A stretch of DNA of 54,913 bases, taken from a virus. Lineage: Duplodnaviria; Caudoviricetes. The notes under the pieces were generated by a model. That model had not been told where the DNA came from. It did not search any database and worked only from the letters and a program-made list of their open reading frames with translations. The translations under genes were made by a program, and so were the position numbers. Every line of letters starts with the position of its first letter. Position 1 is the stretch's first letter. Of this stretch, positions 53,124 through 54,913 are shown one piece after another. The stretch covers positions 1 to 54,913 of the IMG/VR virus record IMGVR_UViG_3300044695_005573; one strand, 5' to 3'.

Positions 53124-53335
53124 GGCAAAGTTCCTCCGCTGGCTGCCGGCATGGTCGTCACCTGGATCGCAATGTGCTGCTTCAGGTTCAACAACTGCCC
53201 GCAGTCCGAACAAGTGTCCGCATCCAACTCCGCCTCGTCCAGATCGTAGCCACAGGCGTCGCAATAGACTTCGATCACATGCGCAGGCTCGACCAGACCC
53301 TGGTCCGTGGTCCGCGGTTCAAGCGCGAGCTTCAT
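53120..53335 (-). CDS. Zinc-ribbon protein (true start 53335)
   Basis: CDACGYD...CSDCG; GGGGG SD. Confidence 0.65.
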   Translation of the reverse strand: MKLALEPRTTDQGLVEPAHVIEVYCDACGYDLDEAELDADTCSDCGQLLNLKQHIAIQVTTMPAASGGTLP

Positions 53336-53375
53336 GTGACCCCCGCCCGAAGTTCCAGTTTTTGCAAAGGCATCG

Positions 53376-53714
53376 TTATACCTTGCGTTCAAAATGAGGA
53401 ACATCCTTGAACGACTTCCAGAACCCGCCCCATTGATTCTTCTCGTTGAGGCTCTCCCAATACTTGCCAACCGGCGTAAGAGCAGGGATGTCGTAGGTCA
53501 GTTTGCCGTCCTTGAAGAAGTTAAGGTCGATGGCACACCGCTTGAGGTGGATGCTGTTCATCGTCTTGCTACGCCCAGTCTTGACATAGATGGCTTGCTG
53601 TTCCGGGGTACGGGCAAGTTCACCGCCCGTCACCACAAAGCCCAACTCCGTCGCCTTGTTGATGAGTTTGGCAACATCCAGCAGGAACGCCGCTTGTTCT
53701 TTTACGAGGCTCAT
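53376..53714 (-). CDS. Endolysin, M15 family (L-Ala-D-Glu-type) peptidase
   Basis: RTPEQQ...SKTMNSIH...AID...WGG.W....D.PHFE zinc-peptidase motifs. Confidence 0.88.
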   Translation of the reverse strand: MSLVKEQAAFLLDVAKLINKATELGFVVTGGELARTPEQQAIYVKTGRSKTMNSIHLKRCAIDLNFFKDGKLTYDIPALTPVGKYWESLNEKNQWGGFWKSFKDVPHFERKV

Positions 53715-54253
53715 TTCATGGCCTCCTTCATAGCATCGGTCTTTTCCTTACTACCAACGCTGCTGCCGAAGTAGTACGAAACGACCTGCGTGGCGACCGC
53801 AGACAGCACGCCTAAAATGTAGATGAGGATGTCCTTGCGGCTGGGGTCAATCGGACTCGCTTGGAACAGCACAATGCCGAAGAGCGTGAAGGTGATGCCA
53901 AGCAAACCAAGCGCCAGAATCGGCGTGATGAGTTTGTTTAGCAGCGGTGCCTTGTCGGATGTGACAATCTGCGTCTCGCGCACCCGCGCATCGTTGGTAT
54001 CCTTCAAGAGCATCTCAAGTTCAGCGAGGTCAAGTTTGTCCTCTTCCAGACGCAACTTAAGCAGTTCCTCTTCATGCTCCATCTGGGCAATCTGCACCCG
54101 CGCCAAATCCTCGCTGGACATATCGGGCTTCAGTTCAACGCCCAACTTCTTTTCGACATAGTCCTTGCCCTTTGCCATGACGGCGTTGGCAACGAGGTTC
54201 AACCCGTTACCAAGGAGGGGTGTAAGGATGGCTTGGATTGCGGCAGGTATCAC
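53711..54253 (-). CDS. Holin-like membrane protein (3TM GTA-holin-like)
   Basis: DARVRE..., two C-terminal TM helices ending YYFGSS; directly upstream of the endolysin. Confidence 0.75.
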   Translation of the reverse strand: MIPAAIQAILTPLLGNGLNLVANAVMAKGKDYVEKKLGVELKPDMSSEDLARVQIAQMEHEEELLKLRLEEDKLDLAELEMLLKDTNDARVRETQIVTSDKAPLLNKLITPILALGLLGITFTLFGIVLFQASPIDPSRKDILIYILGVLSAVATQVVSYYFGSSVGSKEKTDAMKEAMK

Positions 54254-54441
54254 TTAATGGACTCCAGCCACATCATCGTCACCGTGCCAAACGCGGTCAG
54301 CAGGATGACGATAATTGCCCCGCCAACCTGCATAAGCAGGCTTTCCAGACGCTTTAGCCGCGCATGGATGGCTTCGTAGCGCACCGCGCAAACATCGATG
54401 TGAGAGGTCACAGTCACCTCAAGGTCTTGTACCGTGGTCAC
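54250..54441 (-). CDS. Small membrane protein of lysis module
   Basis: HIDVCAVRYEAIHARLKRLE followed by a TM helix. Confidence 0.7.
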   Translation of the reverse strand: MTTVQDLEVTVTSHIDVCAVRYEAIHARLKRLESLLMQVGGAIIVILLTAFGTVTMMWLESIK

Positions 54442-54584
54442 GGCTCCCCGTCCTTCACGACCTGCGGCTCTGCCTGCTCCTTAATTTTGACTACAAGGGG
54501 CCACGCACCCGAAGAGGTGGGCAGTTGACCCAGCACTTGCAGGATGGCGTTGACCTCTTCCGTGGTCAGCGTAAGGTTAATCAC
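54438..54584 (-). CDS. 48-aa tail-fibre-associated protein (not in ORF track)
   Basis: MINLTLTTEEVNAILQVLGQLPTSSGAWPLVVKIKEQAEPQ...; GTGA overlaps at both ends. Confidence 0.7.
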   Translation of the reverse strand: MINLTLTTEEVNAILQVLGQLPTSSGAWPLVVKIKEQAEPQVVKDGEP

Positions 54585-54904
54585 GGCGACACCCACGGCA
54601 GCGGCGGCGAGACGACGGGCGGGTTCTTCTGGGCCTCAATCTGGCCCTCCACCGCAGCCTCTGTAGCGTCCTTGTCCACGCCGTTAGCCCAGACCCAGCC
54701 AAGCACTTGGTCGAGCGTCAAATCGGCGTAGGGGGTGAAAGCACCCTCGACGACGGGAAACGAACAGGTCGAGTAGACGCTGCCGTTGTAGTCGCCGTCT
54801 ACGCCGTTGCATTGCCAATGAGCCGTGACTACATAGTCAGCGCCTTCAGCAGACTGCGGGAGGCAGTCGAGTTGCGAGATGTTCCAGTTAATTACGGTAG
54901 CCAT
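54581..54904 (-). CDS. Tail-fibre-associated protein
   Basis: WNISQLD...VVTAHW...FTPYADLTLDQVLGWV...PLPW; family usually found after podovirus tail fibres; TAATG overlap with an upstream gene cut by the window end. Confidence 0.7.
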   Translation of the reverse strand: MATVINWNISQLDCLPQSAEGADYVVTAHWQCNGVDGDYNGSVYSTCSFPVVEGAFTPYADLTLDQVLGWVWANGVDKDATEAAVEGQIEAQKNPPVVSPPLPWVSP

Positions 54905-54913
54905 TATTTGCTC

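Noticed and set aside
1-54913. tRNA genes, inteins, integrase/repressor, RNA polymerase
   Set aside because: No tRNA cloverleaf with T-loop consensus seen in the few intergenic gaps; TerL, PolA and helicases have normal lengths and contiguous motifs; no recombinase or RNAP motifs recognised. This is by-eye inspection only.

Overview
This window is an almost complete genome of a high-GC (roughly 60% by eye) dsDNA tailed phage with podovirus-type architecture. It is circularly permuted and broken inside the tail-fibre locus, which is cut at both window ends. Nearly all genes are on the - strand. Read in that direction, the genome has: (1) tail-fibre-associated, lysis (two membrane proteins, M15 peptidase) and tail genes, then four large putative ejection/internal proteins (54.9-38.5 kb); (2) a + strand SNF2 helicase and PD-(D/E)XK exonuclease pair, divergent from a replication operon (SSB-like protein, AEP primase, UvrD helicase, Leu762-type PolA) and many small genes (36.4-24.2 kb); (3) a highly structured intergenic region that may be the origin, then TerS, a resolvase-like nuclease and an 'early' island of small genes behind repeated terminator-promoter-hairpin-SD modules (23.8-18.4 kb); (4) a 310-bp heptamer array with no T on the + strand, TerL, a 1370-aa modular protein, portal, GroES, scaffold, MCP, small basic proteins and head-tail genes. 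I saw no integrase, RNA polymerase, tRNA or CRISPR array. The best candidate for an undescribed system is a recurring hydrophobic-x-x-G-G motif shared by small basic proteins and large internal proteins. In the 1370-aa protein this motif delimits two tandem, AT-richer, mutually homologous domains, which suggests a tag- or cleavage-based system that loads cargo into the virion. Other highlights are the early expression cassettes and several candidate structured RNA leaders. Family names are recalled from sequence motifs and were not checked by database search.
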